The notes beneath the pieces were generated by a model. It searched no databases. It had not been told where the DNA came from and worked only from the letters and a program-made list of their open reading frames with translations. The translations under genes and the position numbers were made by a program. 64,000 nucleotides of DNA from the human T2T-CHM13v2.0 reference genome, Homo sapiens: NCBI RefSeq assembly GCF_009914755.1, contig NC_060937.1; one strand, written 5' to 3'. Within the stretch, counting starts at the first letter, position 1, and the number at the start of each line of letters is the position of its first letter. Shown here one piece after another: positions 29,471 through 55,617 of this stretch.

Positions 29471-30147
29471 CTGAAACAAGATGAAACAGACCATTACCTA
29501 GGCACTCAGCACCCCCTCAAACACTTTCCATCTGCCAAGCTCTAGGGAGAATCCCTGCTCAACATCTGGGAACCTAGGCCAGATGGAGCGCAGCTGTGTA
29601 GGGAATGTGGTCCACCGGGAAAGCAGGGCGGAGGAAAACAGCTAGAGAGATGTCACCCTGGAAAGGCATCTGCAGCCTGGACCCAGATGCAGCATCTGGA
29701 TATGCCCCACTATGAGAACCCAATGAATGGGCCATCCGGCAGGCCTGCCAGGGTGAGGGTCACCAATGCCCTGTCACCCAGAGGACAGGGAAGGAAGAGA
29801 GAGTCTCAGAGCCAGGCTGTCCCCATCACTTCACCAGAGGTAGCCTGAGGGGGCAGAAAACACCAGAGGCAGCTTGAAGCCCCCTCCTGTAGGCCACACC
29901 ATAGCCACCAATCCAGCTTATCCTCATGGGGGCCATGAAGAGGCCCAGACACAGGCCTAGCAGCCTGGTCTTGGGACATGCCCAAGACTCCAGACACCAT
30001 GACCACTCTTTCCTCATTCCCTCCCTGGAGTTCCTCCAGATCCCTTGTAAACCTGCTTGGAGATTTAGAACAAGAGAGAGCTCCCCCTGTGCAGATGGCA
30101 GGGCTACAGGCCTTAAGTCATCTGAGGAATGAAGACAAAGATTATCA

Positions 30148-30667
<520 letters not shown>

Positions 30668-30749
30668 CTACCTGGAATGGAAGATACAGATGTGCATGAA
30701 GCAGACTGTTTTCACTCAGGGCAAACAAAAAAAAAATGAACATAAAGAC

Positions 30750-34710
<3,961 letters not shown>

Positions 34711-34737
34711 AAAAAAGAACTTACCCTTGTAAGAGTG

Positions 34738-35841
34738 ACATCATCACCATGGCCTTCACCACCATCACCATCACCAACATTGCCACACCATCATTATCAA
34801 CTCCTCAACCACTATCATCACCACCACCATTATCATCACCAACACAATGCCACACCATCATCACCTCAACCATCATCACTACCACCATCACCATCACCAC
34901 ACCATCATCATCATCACCTCCACCATCATCATCACTATCATCACCATCACCAGGTGAGGCGAGACAGGAGAACTGCTTGCACCCAGGAGGCGGAGGCTGC
35001 ACCATCACCAACATTGCTACACCATCATTATCATCATCATCTCAACCACTATCATCATTACCACCACCACCATCATCATCACTGTCACCAACACCAACAA
35101 TCACACCATCATCATCTCAACCACTATCATCACCACTACCACCAGCACCATCACCAACATTGTTACACCATCATCTCAACCACTATCACCACCACCACCA
35201 TCACCACCACACTATCATCATCTCAACCACTATCATCACCATCACACCATTATCATCTCAACTATCACCTTCACCACCACCATCATCATCACCACCACCA
35301 TCACCAACATTGCTACACCATCATCATCTCAACCACTATCATAACTACCACCATCATCACCATCACCACCAACACCAGCAATTACCACACCATCATCATC
35401 TCAACCACTATCATCACCCACCACCATCATCACCATCACCACCAACACCATCGCCAACACTGCCACACCATCATTATCATTATCATCTCAACCACTATCA
35501 TCACCACACCATTACTGTCATCTCAACCAGTCATCACCACCACCATCACCAACACTACCACGCCAGCATTATCATCTCAACCACTATCATCACCATCACA
35601 CCATCACTGTCATCATCATCTCAATCAGTCATCACCACCACCATCACCAACACCACCACGCCAGCATTATCATCATCTCTACCACTATCATCACCACCGG
35701 TACCATTATCATCACCAACATCACCACACCATCATTGTCATCACCCCCATCACCATCATTATCATCACCTGAACCACCACCATCATCCTCCTCATTATCA
35801 TCATCACCACCATCACCACCATTACAAACTCCATCATCACT
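34738..35841. repeat. (CAC/CAT)n-derived minisatellite, ~1.1 kb, with higher-order units
   Basis: Recurrent ctcaaccactatcatcac and caccaacattgc(t/c)acacc motifs in a CAC/CAT background. Confidence 0.95.
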
Positions 35842-36360
35842 AACTCTGGCTGAGCACTCACTGTGAGACAGGCAGCATGCCAAGAACTCTAATAGCATTG
35901 TTTTCCAACAACACTGAAATAATGGGAATTCTTATTATTAGCCTTATTTATCAGAATATGGAAATTGAGGTATGAGAAGTGCCTGCCCATACACAGAATA
36001 GTCTCCTTATTCATTCACTGGGGATAGCACTGCCCTTGCTCTTAGAGCATTTACACATGCAAATGAATCCAGGCAAAGAGATGGGTGGGCCTGGCCCAGA
36101 AAAAACACTTGTTAGGGTGAGCTGTTCCTACTGGTGCCCAATGTATCAGACTAACCCTGCCAGGCCACCAGCGTCTTGGGCCCCAGACGAATGTTCTCTT
36201 CCACAGCCACCACAGTCCTGAGTTCTGAGAACAGAGCAAAAAGCCCAGGAAAATATCTTGGCAAATTGTTTTTGAAAATATAAAATTCACTGTATCTTAG
36301 AATACAAGCTAAAATAAAGTCCACGCAGTTCAAAGAGTCAAGTGTAAAAGAAAGGCCATT

Positions 36361-36709
<349 letters not shown>

Positions 36710-37689
36710 TCAGGGTGCAAAGTGACTTTCTTTATAAAGAAACAAACAAAAATTGGAAAGGAAACTCAGCAAGAACATTGATGGATGAAAATCATGCTCC
36801 AAAACACCAAAACAAACTTTAAAATGCATGCTATGAAAAATATTTACATCAAATATGGCAAAATGTTAATATTCTTCCTTCATGCAGTTTATACTAAAGG
36901 TGTCTTCCTAATAGAAGTAAAGGCCCAAAGCCAGGAACTGTACCAGGGCACAGCACTATGGCACGTGAAGAAGAGCTCAGCACAGAGGAGGGCAGGACAG
37001 GGCTGCAAAATGTCACATGCACTGACCACAGTGTCATGTATACCTCAGGTTCTCATCAGTGACACCAACTTTCAGTCACATGCAAAGACTTGTGGGACCG
37101 GATAGCTGGGAGCTGAGGACAGTCCCTTCAGTACCATCATTATTCATTTCAAAGACACATGTTATAATACATTGCCCTGGAGGGGAGCCAGTTGAGCTCT
37201 TGCAGCCCAGAAATTAGACCCAGAATCCACACCGTATGTCAGACCCCATATCCATGTTGAGACCCCAAATCCACATCCACAGCCACATCCACGCTCCATG
37301 TCCATGCCCACATCCATAGTCACACCCATGCCCAATGTCCACACCCTCACCTGGACCCCAGGCTGTGCTCTCACTGCAGCATCTGGAGCAGATGAAGCCA
37401 CAGGATGACCTATACCACCCTGACCTGGTTCTGCACCATCCCAGCAGGGCCTTGCACGCACATGGACCATCACACACCCCTACCTGCCAGGTCTTTATGG
37501 GTTGGTGCTGACCCTCAGGCAGAAGGTCAGAGGTCAGACCACCAAACTCAGAGTAGAACAGACAGACTTGGTGTTCAGTTAGCAGGACCAGCGGTCCCTG
37601 AAACATGCCTGTTCTTGGGGCAAGACTTGGGGTGAGGGGCTGGAGACGCCAGGATCCTCACAGGGCCTTTGGGCAGGAGCCCTGCTGAA

Positions 37690-38110
37690 GGACTCGCTCT
37701 CCAGGCTAGAGGTCCGAAGTCCAAATGGGTCTCAATGGGCTAAAATCAAGGTGTGGGCAAGGGCAGCTCCCTCTGGAAGCTCTAGGAAGAATCTGTTTCC
37801 ACCTCCTCCAGTTCCTAGAGACCACCTACACTCCCTGGCTCCTGGCCCCTTCCATGTTCAAAGCCAGTGATGGCCAGCCGAGCTCTCACAGACGTCACCC
37901 TCACTCTACCCTCCTCCTGCACTCCTCCCCTCCTAAGGACCACTGTGAGGACACTGCAGCTGCGGAGTCATGCAGGGCAGCCTCCCCATCCACAGCTGGG
38001 TGAACAGCCCCAACTCCATCCACAGCTTCCCTTCCTCCTCTCTTGCCATGCAACTTAAAGTTGCAGGATTAGGACATGGGTGCCTTCAGGGGCTGTTATT
38101 CTGCCAACCG
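37690..38110 (-). mobile_element. MaLR LTR fragment (MLT1-like)
   Basis: gaagtccaaatgggtctcaatgggctaaaatcaaggtgt...ctctggaagctctaggaagaatc...ggattaggacatggg matches antisense MLT1. Confidence 0.7.
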
Positions 38111-39461
38111 AGCTAAAGAACACAACTCAGGGTGACCTCAGGCTCAGCATATGGACAGGCTGGCTGGGCCCTCTCTGGACCCCAAGCCCAAACTGCATGA
38201 GGCCCCAGCTGTGCCTGTTGAGTGTAAAGAAGTCCTAGTCTCCTCAAACTCCATCCCTCTGGCATCCCAGGCCTCACCCCTCCCTGTGATGTAGCAGGAA
38301 CAAGGTGCCAACAGCCATGGTGAGCCAGTGACTCAGCACAGGAAGGTCAGGTGGGGATCTGGTCCTCACACCTGGCCCCGCCCTCCATGCAGTGCCCACT
38401 TGTGTGGCTCCAGGCTCTGGGCCAGTGTCTGTTGCAGGACGCTCTGCCCTGGCACAGCCTGTCCACTTACACAAGCAAGGGCCCCTTGCGGGCTTCCTCC
38501 TTTCACACCACCCACCCCTGGGCCACCTGCTGGCAGGATGAACTGGGTGGCACAGGTGACAGGCCTCACCTTGACCAGGACAGCTGCCTCAGTCATCATT
38601 TGCTGCTTTGTACAGGAGACCCCAAGAGACTGAGAGAAAAGAGAAATGGTCACAGTGGAAGGGTCCTTCTGCTGCCCAGAAGCAGCTCAGAGGACCAAAG
38701 GCCGCAGCACCCCCTCACCACCTGGGTGCCTGGGCCAGAGGCAGGGGCTGCATCCAGGGCCTGCACACTAGGGGGTGACCACCGGGCTGCCCCTCCTCCC
38801 CCGCCAAGGCTGAAGGAAGTGGACCCTCCACAGGGATCCAGGCCAGATCCCCTGCTGGCACTGATCCTACATCTGCATCGCTGCTCCAACCCCCACTGCC
38901 TGTGCCACCAGCTGTGACAGTGGCCACTTGGCAGGTGAAACTAAGTCTTGGGGCTTTCATCTTGGTTCTGTCACTAGCTGTGGTTATATGCTGAGGAGAC
39001 AGCACCTAACTCCCGGGGCCACTGCTGGGATCCAGGGCCCCAACTGTGCACGCTCCAGCACACTGAGCTCCATCGGGGCCATCCTGTCCTCACAGGAGAG
39101 GTTGTTTGCTGACACTGGGCATGTATTTTATTGTACCAGAATTAAGACTCTCTTAATGCCCCCTAAGAAATTACTTGGAAAATTGGCAAAATGAAAAAAT
39201 AAGCGAATAATAGCTACAGAAAAATGGAAAACATTTTCCTTGCACTAAAGCTAGGAGCATAAGACACTGAGAATCTGAAGAAGACTAGCTAACACCAAAC
39301 CTGTTACGGCATCCCAAGGCCATGTTAGTGGATGAGTTCTTATTTCAGAGACAAAAACAGGCACACACTTCCCATTAACACAAAACCAACCTCACCTCCT
39401 TACTAATGTAGAGTGGCCAATTCCCAGATGTCCACATGCTTGAGGGCTGTGGGTGGCTTTC

Positions 39462-39582
39462 CTTGCATCTCAGCTGGCAGATGGCCTATTGTGGGACTTT
39501 ATGATCATGTGATTTAATACTTAATAAACTCATATATATATCTTCTATTTGTTCTGTCTCTCTAGAGAACCCTAACTAATAC
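39462..39582 (+). mobile_element. MLT2 LTR 3' fragment
   Basis: ggcctattgtgggact...aataaactc...tctctctagagaaccctaactaataca. Confidence 0.8.
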
Positions 39583-40219
39583 AGACACCAAAGAAAATGG
39601 CCAAGAAAAAGAAAACCGAAAGCGGTCAGGGGTGGGGAATGTAGAATTCACACTTCCAGAGGCCCCACAATTGTCTCTGAGGATCTCTAAGAAGCCTGTC
39701 TGCTGTCTAGGAAGTCAGCCCGCTCCCCGCCAAACCTGCACTGCCTCCCAGGTGCTGGTCTGGCTGCCTAAGATCCTCAGGCAAGGGCAGCCCCAGAGGG
39801 GAAGTGGCTCTCCTGAGCTCTTCCCACAGGGATCCCTGCTCTGCAGACAGGACACAGTGACTTTCTCATGGGTGACATGGAACTCTGAGCCCAAGCATGC
39901 CAGTGACAGCCCTGCTCATGGAGCTGTAGCCCTGCTGCGGGCCACAGGGCACTGCCCCCCATGGGACCTTTGAGTGGGCTAGGTGCTGCCTTCAGAGGGT
40001 CTGGAGGGTCCAGCACAGAAGCCCAGCCAGGGATGACTGACACTTGGCCCTGGCTCAGAAACCCTCCGACCATGCCACCCTCCAGACCAGGGCAAGTCTA
40101 GAAATGATCTCCTGATCACAACTGGATTGCATTCCTGGTTTCTTCTATTGTTGTTAAGAACATCTGTTTAATGTAAACCATAATTTTTGAACCTGATTTT
40201 GACATTAAAAAAAAAAATT

Positions 40220-40515
40220 GGCTGGGTGCGGTGGCTCACACCCGTAATCCCAGCACTTTGAGAGGCCGAGGTGGGCTGATCACCTGAAGTCAGGAGTTCG
40301 AGACCAGCCTGGCCAACATGGCGAAACCCCATCTCTATTAAAAATACAAAATCAGCCAGGTGTGGTGGCACGTGCCTGTAATCCCAGCTACCTGGGAGGC
40401 CGAGGCAGGAGAGATCACTTCAACCCAGGAGGCAGAGATTGCAGTGAGTTGAGATTGAGCCATTGCATTCCAGCCTGGGTGACAAGAGTGAAACTCCATC
40501 TCAAAAAAAAAAAAA
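40220..40515 (+). mobile_element. AluS
   Basis: Full dimeric Alu. Confidence 0.92.
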
Positions 40516-41739
40516 TTATAGGAGAAATAACAAAAAAGGAAGTGGCCTCTTTCATTACCAGAGGTGAGGCAGACAGGCAGAGCCTTCGCCTTACTTTGCA
40601 GCCCTCTGCAGCATCTGGCACAGGGTTCAAGGCACACTGTCGGAGCTCACATCGGTGTCAGGCACACATTCAAGCTAGAAATGTCCCTCTGGCAAGGCTT
40701 ATCTTTTAATAATACAAATTCACAATGCAGGTGGGGCTGCAGGGCAGGCACTCTTTCCCTTCTAGTCAGGAGACTAACTTGGGAAGGTGTTGCTAAACCC
40801 CAGCAGTATGTATCAAAAGCTTTAAAAAGATTTGCACCCTTCAGGCCAGTAATTCCACATCGACAAATCTATTTTAAGGCAAAAAGCACAAATGCACCCA
40901 AAGATTCATGTTAATGTGGTTCCTCCCATGGTTATTTAAAATAGCAAAAATTAGGAACACCACACATCTCTAGCCAGTAAGGGTCAGGTAACCAGGGCAT
41001 GATGTGCTCATGTGATGGAGTATTACACAACCATTAAACAATGGGTTGTACAAGTTTTAGAGTTTAGAACTTTACAGTCTAGGCAGACACTAAAAACTAC
41101 AGCCCTTTTTTCCCTGGTGCTAGGCAGCGGCTACGTTCTTCTTTCCCTTTTACTTTTCTGCGCTTTCCTAAATCACAGAAAATGAGCATGTGTTCCTTTT
41201 ATAACAAGCAACGAAAGTCCTGCTTTATTTTTAAAACCAGAATGGCCCCCAACAGCTCCCTTCCCAGCTCATCTCTTCCTGGCTTTCCTGTGTCCTGGTC
41301 CCCTGCAGAGAAGGCCTCCTGAGCCATCAACCCTGGAAGGAGGCGGAGGATCCCTGTCTCCGGACCAGTGGGCAGATGGATTCCGGCTGTTTGGAGTCCC
41401 CCAGGTGTCTCACAAGGAACCTGTGGAGAGAGGGGAAGAGGTCAAGTGTTAAGGGGCTAACAGGATGGCAAAAAAGGCCTCCCAGCACAGCACATAGGGC
41501 ATCACCTGAAGCCTGTGACACCCAATGCACGCAGAAACCCTGGGCTGTGATTGCCACCAACAACTGTGTGACTACAAGACGTACACAACTTCAGTGAGTC
41601 TCAGACTCCTTCTCTGCAGAGAGTGGATCATCATATCCAGTAGGAGATCAACGACTAAAATACTGGAGGGTTTGTATGTACCATGCCTACTACTGTGCCT
41701 GGCACATAGCTCGTGCCTGTAAGGATAGTTCACTGCTTG

Positions 41740-42096
41740 TCATAGTTATCATCACCATCACCATCGTCATCACCATCACTGCCACCATCGTCATCACCAG
41801 CACTGCCACCACCATCATCACTATCATCACCATTACCATCAATCACTATCACCATCATAATCGCCATCATCACCATCGCCATTTCTATCACCATCATCAC
41901 CATAACCATTTGTATCACCATCATCACCATCACCATCATCACTATCACCATCACCACTACAATCATAACTATCACCATCATCACCATCACCATTATCGGC
42001 TGTCATCATCGCCATCATCATCACTATCACCATCACCACCATCATCATTACCATCACCATCACTATCATTACCATCATCATCCTCACCATCATCAC
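41740..42096. repeat. (CAT/CAC)n simple repeat
   Basis: Direct inspection. Confidence 0.95.
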
Positions 42097-42988
42097 TTTT
42101 TTCTGCTGGGCTGATGGACCATGACCCTAGCTTTCATTTCTGGCGGGGAGTAGCTGAGAAAGCACAAAACTCCACAGAAAACAGAGAATCTGCTTGGAAA
42201 GAATGCTGGCATCTCTTCTCTCTTCCCAAGTGTGCCATGTCCACTCCTCCAAGACCATGAGCTGAATGGACCCCAGCTCAGCCCCTTCCTGTCTTTAAAG
42301 AGAGGTTGGAGGGGCTGGGCAGCCTCTGTCCGGCTGGGCTGTGCCCCCACGTCACCCAAAGTTTCTTCCTCCCTAGCCATGATGCCTTCATTTGTACCTT
42401 CTCTATGCTTCTCTTCAGCAGGAGGGGGAGCCAGAGGGAACAGAAGTTAGCTGGGAACAAAAGCCAGAGGGGAAACAGAAGTCACTGGGATATAGAAGCC
42501 AAGGGAGAAATGAAGCCAGGCCAGTAGGAAGGAGGGGAGCCTCACCACCCTCCATGTCTGCCCCGGGGACACTGCTCCAGGAATCTGGAAAATGCCCTGC
42601 TGCTGCGAGAGGAAGTGAGGTCCACCCGGTGCTGCTTAAAGAGCCTGTGCTGCTTTTACTTCTCGATTTGTCACAATCCACAAAACAAGTGGGTAATGAG
42701 CCTGTAAGCCAATGTCACTCACTCTAGAGGGATGTGGCCATGCTCTGAGGTAGAGGGCAAGCCCTGACACCATGTGCCTCTCCCCTCAGCGGCCTCGGGG
42801 CAGGTAACTCAGTGCCTTCCTTCATCCAGAAAGGGGACAATGCACCACCTACTCCACAGGAACTCGTGAGAATGAAACAGCAAGAAAGGGATGTGTAGAG
42901 GCAAAAGCACCAGGTCCACCCAGCAGTCAGGAGGAGAGGGACCAGCCCAGGAGCTGACAACCCATACAGACTTCTGGTCTGAAAATGT

Positions 42989-43307
42989 GGGCCAGGTGTG
43001 GTGGCTCATGCCTGTAATCTTAGTGCTTTGGGATGCTAAGGTGGTATCCTTGGTATTTGAGCCTAGGAGTTTGAAGCCAGCCTGGGCAACACAGTAAGAC
43101 TCTGTCTCTATAAAAAGTACAAAAATTAGCCAGGAATGGTAGCACATGCCTGTAATCCCAGCTACTCAGGAGGCTGAGGCAGGAGGTTCGAGGAGTTCCT
43201 TGCTTAAGCCTAGGTGTTCAAGGCTGCAGTAACTATGATTGCTCTACTGCACTCCAGTCTGGGAGATAGGGTGAGACCCTGTCTCAAGGAAAAAAAAAAG
43301 AAAAGAA
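42989..43307 (+). mobile_element. AluJ-like element
   Basis: Diverged dimeric Alu with small insertions. Confidence 0.88.
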
Positions 43308-45019
43308 AATCAGAACCTCAATCCCCACCGGCACCTACTGAGTCAGAATCTGTTCCTAAAGACAAGCCAGGCCTGGGTGCCACTGCAGCACAGCCTGTTT
43401 AGGGCCCTTGGCCAACCCTAAGTGCCCTGTCACTAATTACCCAGGGTTCTCCATGACCCATCAGGGCTATAACTTCTGTTACAGGGGCCACAGAATCCCA
43501 TCTAGAGGAGCAGCCCAAATGTGTGGCTCAAGTCCCAGAGCTGCCTTCCTGCAGGCGTCTTTGCATGCGGCCACGAAGTCTGTGCTGAGGTGCTAGCTTT
43601 GACTCGCTTCTCTGGGAATTCACTTCTTCTACATTTCTAGATTATATTTGCTCAAAGAAAACGCCAAGCCTGAGCGATGGGAATCATGTATGGATCAGAG
43701 CCACCTGAACTGTGGAGGTAAGTCACTTATCCTTCACGAGCCCTGGTTACTCAGCTCTCAGGCAAAGTGCTTTGCCAGGCACATCTCAATAGCCCCAGAC
43801 AGCTGAAGTTCTATAATCAGGAAGCCTAAGGGCCTGGCACCAGCTGTGCCTGCTTATAGAGGAAGTGGGGAAGCCCTGGAGCTCCTATCAGCACCATCAT
43901 TCCACGTGAAGGGTGCAATTAAAGTCCCCCATCTGTGAGCAAACAAGAGCATGTCAGGGATGGCTATGGCATGGGCCTCAGAGGAGAACTGGCCCTCCTC
44001 ACAAGCCCACAGAGACACTGGTGGGTGGGGGACACCCCTCCCGGGGCCCTGCAAGAGTCTGCTGCAGCCAACGTTGTAGGTACAAACATCAAAACAATTC
44101 AGGACAATACCATAGCTGCCCATTGTTCTGAAAAACATCAAGACCCAAAATAAATGCTTGCTTGCAAATGAGTCGTACCTACCTAAGGGAAACCTCCAAC
44201 TACTTCTGAAATGCATGTGAAGGATGTAGTAAACAATATGAAAATTCATTTTCCAAATCACAAGATGAAAATGTATCTGTCTGACTAGTGATTTAACTTT
44301 AAGTGAACAGTTTATATAAAAGGCCACACAAACTGCTTTTTACCACATGAGAAGCTGTGCAATGTCACTTGTAGTAAGAAACAGAACCTACAACTGCAAT
44401 AAGATTTCTCACCTATCCGGCTGGCGAAGGTCAAAAGTCTGGGGCATGCCTCACATGTTCCTGCTGATATAGACCAACAGGCATTTTCTCATATTCTTGG
44501 CAAAAACACACATTAGTAAAAACTTCTTGGGTAGGAGCTGTTGGTATTTTAGACACAGACACCTGTTACACGTCCTCTCCCCACAGATATGTAGGTGATG
44601 TGTATTCACTACAGCAGCCAATAGATTCAAGTCAAGCTAAGTGTCCATTCTTGGGAGACTGAGAGGAATATTCTGGCGTGCCAACAAGGACAAATCCTGT
44701 ATTTGCTGATTTGGAACAATTTCCAGGATGTATATTGTTCAGCAAAGAGCACAAGTTGCAGAAGAGTATAGAGACACATCTTTTTGTGTGTGTCGAAGAC
44801 TGAAGGAAATCCATAAACATGTCCCGTCTGTAATCAGAATGTTCTGAAGAGACACATAGGTCCCCGATTCCAGTGGCCATCTCTGGAGAGGCCACAATTT
44901 GGTGGCTGTGCTCGGCAGGGACAGAGGCTTCTCACTGGAGACAAATTTTTGACTACTGAATATTTTCCTATGTATATATATTGCTACCCATCAAGAACTG
45001 TAAAGAATATTTTTAATCC

Positions 45020-45710
<691 letters not shown>

Positions 45711-46189
45711 TGACTCTGAAAAATAAATCTGGGTAGAAGGCAAGTCAAAAAAACGGATGATATGTACAGAACCTCCAGAGAAAATTGCTAGAAGCAGGCA
45801 AGAACTTGAGGCTGTCACAGTATCCAAAAGAAGACTGAACAGAAACCCATCCTGCCCAATCTTCTGATCTGTGAAACAAGGACAGGAAAGCCAGGAATGG
45901 AGACTGAGCTTGCCACAGCACTTTCAATCCTTCAACAATCACTGCCTGGCACTGCTGCAGGAGACCCAATACACAGGGAGAAGTCTTCTCTAAGACCATC
46001 CCAGGGAAATGTAGTCCCAGGGACTAAAACAAAAGAGGCCCCAGAAATCACATTTATCCAAATAGGAAGCAGGGATGCAAGTGTATACAGATATTCCAGG
46101 TGACCTCCTCTGGATGGTAGTGTACGAGAGAACAGTCTTCTTGTTTTCCAACTTTTATACTAAAAGAACATTATAAAGTATAATAAAAG

Positions 46190-51860
<5,671 letters not shown>

Positions 51861-53954
51861 CACATAGAAGAAGTTCTGTGTGTATATCTACAAGCTTCTT
51901 AAAGATCTGGGGGAAATGGGGGGTCATCAGTGGACATGGGTGGAAATGCTAAGACATAAAGTGGGGAACTACCCAGATGGAAAATCTCATGAACGAAATG
52001 CTAAAGGCTCAGAATTCAATGATTCTCTCTCAGGTGCTACTTAAAATAAGAATGAGCATGCAAATGGAGGAGGACTAGAATATAAGAAATTCTGTTTATT
52101 GGGTAAGGAGATCATGATCCATGCTGCTATGGAATCTCAGAATCCTCTACGAATGTAAAGAAGTCTCGCTAAATTTAACAGCAAGGCCTCCTGCCCCTGC
52201 CAGAGCCCATTCCTCCTCCAAGACTCCTTGGCACCCAGAAGTGGAGAGCCAACTCACCCACTTGGTCCTTGGCACCTGCACTGTGCCACCCCTGCCCAGA
52301 CATCAGCCCCACAGGCCCCTTCCCTACCACATGCCAACCTCTCTTTCCCATCTCGGAGGAGCGTCCCCTTCTTGGAATCCCCTCTGTGCCTCCCTGCGCT
52401 TCCCCATCTGTTTCCAGGGTTAAAAACTGGGACTCTGCCCAACTCAGCAGAGATGTTCACTGTGACAGTCCAGGAGAGGCCAGTGAACACAGACTGCCCA
52501 CTCCTGACTCCAGCCATAGGCTGCTGGGGCCAGAACAAGGCTTCAGGCTGGGGGATCCAGAGGTGGCCAAGCAGAGCCAGCCCCCGGGGCTCAGACTGAA
52601 GGTGAGCATTTAAGGTGAATGCACTGTATCAGGGCACACAGCACCCTATGGGCATGCCATGGGAGACAGGAATGCCTCTGGGGGGAGGCCATGCTGGGGC
52701 TGGTCCTGACAGATGAATGAGGCTTCCCCAGGCAGGTTAGCTGTGCAGGTGAGGGGTGCTACCAGGCAAAGGAAGGTGAATGTGCACCTTGAGGTGGCTC
52801 TGGCAGTGATGTAGGGTAGCGCCCAACAAGTCCTGACAGCAAGTTGAGGTCACATCCCCCTTGAATCTGCAGGTGATGAGGGTATCCCAGGCCCCATGAG
52901 GTCTGCACTGTGGGTGAAATGTTCCACAACTGGACTTAAGCAGGGAGAGGCTAGCGGCAGAGATCAACAACAGTGGGTACCGAGGCGAGGGCTGGCCCAG
53001 AGGGGAACGGTGACCCCAGCAGTGTGGCCTGTGGGAGTCCAGAGCCAGCAGTACTTTGGGAAACCCATGAGCTTCTCAAAAATAACCACAACAACACAGA
53101 CCGTGTCCATTGCTTGTCAACGCCCTGCACTCTGTCGCTGGAAACGCCAGCCTTCCCTGCCGTAGACACTCACAGCTGAGTCGGGGTCGGGGGGCGGTGT
53201 GCAGCCACTGGCCTCTCCTGGGCCATCAGAGTGCCTCTGACCCTGGGACCTTTTCTCAGACTGGGATCACAGAAAGCAAGGTTGGCCTTTGTTCCTCCTG
53301 TCCACATGGCCTACTGAGGCAGAACCCAGCCCTCGGCACCAACATGGAATGCACGAGATTCATGGCATGAACGTGATCATCCAGCCCAGCCACCTCTGCA
53401 GCCCTGGGGCCCTGAGAGGAAAGGGCAGACCTGGACATCCACTCCATTTCTCAGCCCCCACCTCTGCACCCCCCTCCCCGCCCCCGCCCCAGTCCAAGCA
53501 ACTCAGCGGTTTCCTTGCTTCACAGCACTCACTTCTGCCCTGGTGCACCCTGAGACCCCTGGGTAGGGCTCCCAGCCTCAGGCTCTGGAAGAGCTAGAAG
53601 GTTCCATTCTTCATGCTGGCCTCACCAGACTGCCCAGAGGCTAGAACACACCTAAGCGACCCTTTGAGGGGCAACATCACAATGAATGAACCATAAAACT
53701 TGACTACAATCCTTTGACCAAATAACCTCACTCCTGGCAATCTGCCCCCAAGAGTGTGTCCAAAGAATCTAAAAAGATGCTTCTGGCATTTCTCATACAC
53801 CCAGGGTCCCAGGTGGCACAGACATCCACCCAGCTAGGACCCAAGCATAACCATGAGCTTGCTGAGAGAAAAAAAAAGAAAACATTCAAAACAGGGAACT
53901 GAACATTCACACACACTAGAAAAAAATGATCAAAGTTGATAAAAACCTCCAGGA

Positions 53955-54325
<371 letters not shown>

Positions 54326-55617
54326 TTAAAACTCAATGAACAATTTAAACAGCAAATTGAACACTTTTGCTTGATAGTTCCACCATCTTCAGAGAACTGG
54401 TGAACTGGAAAAGAGATCTGAAGAAATGACCCAGGCTGGGACACAGAGAAGCAGGTAGACGGCGAGAAAGCCCAGTTAGGAGCCACGGGGATGGAAGGAG
54501 GAGGACAGGTGAAAAAGAGCTCCAGAGGAGGAGGACAGATGGCCGTGTGATGGTGTGGAACTGACAAAAGGCTGGCCACCCCCACCCCACCCCCAACACA
54601 CCCCTATCCTTGGGTGTGAGCTCCCCATGAGAAAACTTGCACGCTCACCGGGCTCCCTTCCATTTCCACAAGCCACAAAGCCTCCTCCCATTGCTTGTCA
54701 CCCTCATCAGCGACCCTGGCTGCTCTGCCCCGAGAGCTCCAGGAAACTAATGAGCCACTGATTCCTTCAGGGACAGGGGTGCCTGAGCACAAGCCCTCAG
54801 CACCAAAGCGGAATCCACGAGATTCAGAGGGGCTCTGCACACACCTTCCCAAGACCTTGCTGAGGCCCTCCCTGCACACTGAGCTGCCCCCTGGCCATCC
54901 CTGAGACCATGGAGACACCCTCGCAGCAATGGGCCAGCTTGGGAGTGCCAATCATCCTGCCCAGCACACACTGAGCCCACCCAAAATGCCAATCCAAAAC
55001 GTTGGCCTAAGTCCATCACTGGCTAATTCCTCCTCTATTTATCAAATAAAGACATTGAAGGGAAAAAAAGGCTAGGCCCACTTAGGTGTGTTTTCCACCT
55101 GTCACAGCCTATTTGCAAACTTAGCACTACTGCAGTGTCTGATATTTTCCCTCTCAAGCCCGAACCAACCTTAACTATTTTACAAAGTTATGCTACTTAT
55201 AATGTCCCTTTCTGACACAACTGCCACTGGGGGCCCTCAAGATGCTTCCACCCTGGGCTGGGGTCCCTGGCTGCATATGTGTAGACAGCCAAAGCTGGGT
55301 GGGTCTCGGCCAGTCTGCATGGTTTCAGTAGAAACACACTTGAACACAAACAGCCAGGGAAAGGAAGGATAATTTGCCTTTTTTTCTCCTAGGGCATATA
55401 AGTACTCATAGGACAAAGTCATTTATGCCTATTAATAAAAACTGCAGAAAGAAACCCTTACACCACAATAGCACATCAGAAGGCTATTCAGCTATTGCAG
55501 GAGAATTTTTCATTCTCTGAAGTCACCCTTGACATTTATAAATCCAGAAATGCAAAATTAAAACTTAACTGTTCCTCGAATGTGGTGGACAAACACCTGC
55601 ATTCGGTGGCTTAGCTC

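Noticed and set aside
34735-35843. 345-aa and 364-aa His/Thr/Pro-Ser-rich ORFs
   Set aside because: Translations of a CAC/CAT repeat that is poor in stop codons by composition; the middle segment is an Alu fragment.
41676-42260. 194-aa poly-His ORF
   Set aside because: Simple-repeat translation.
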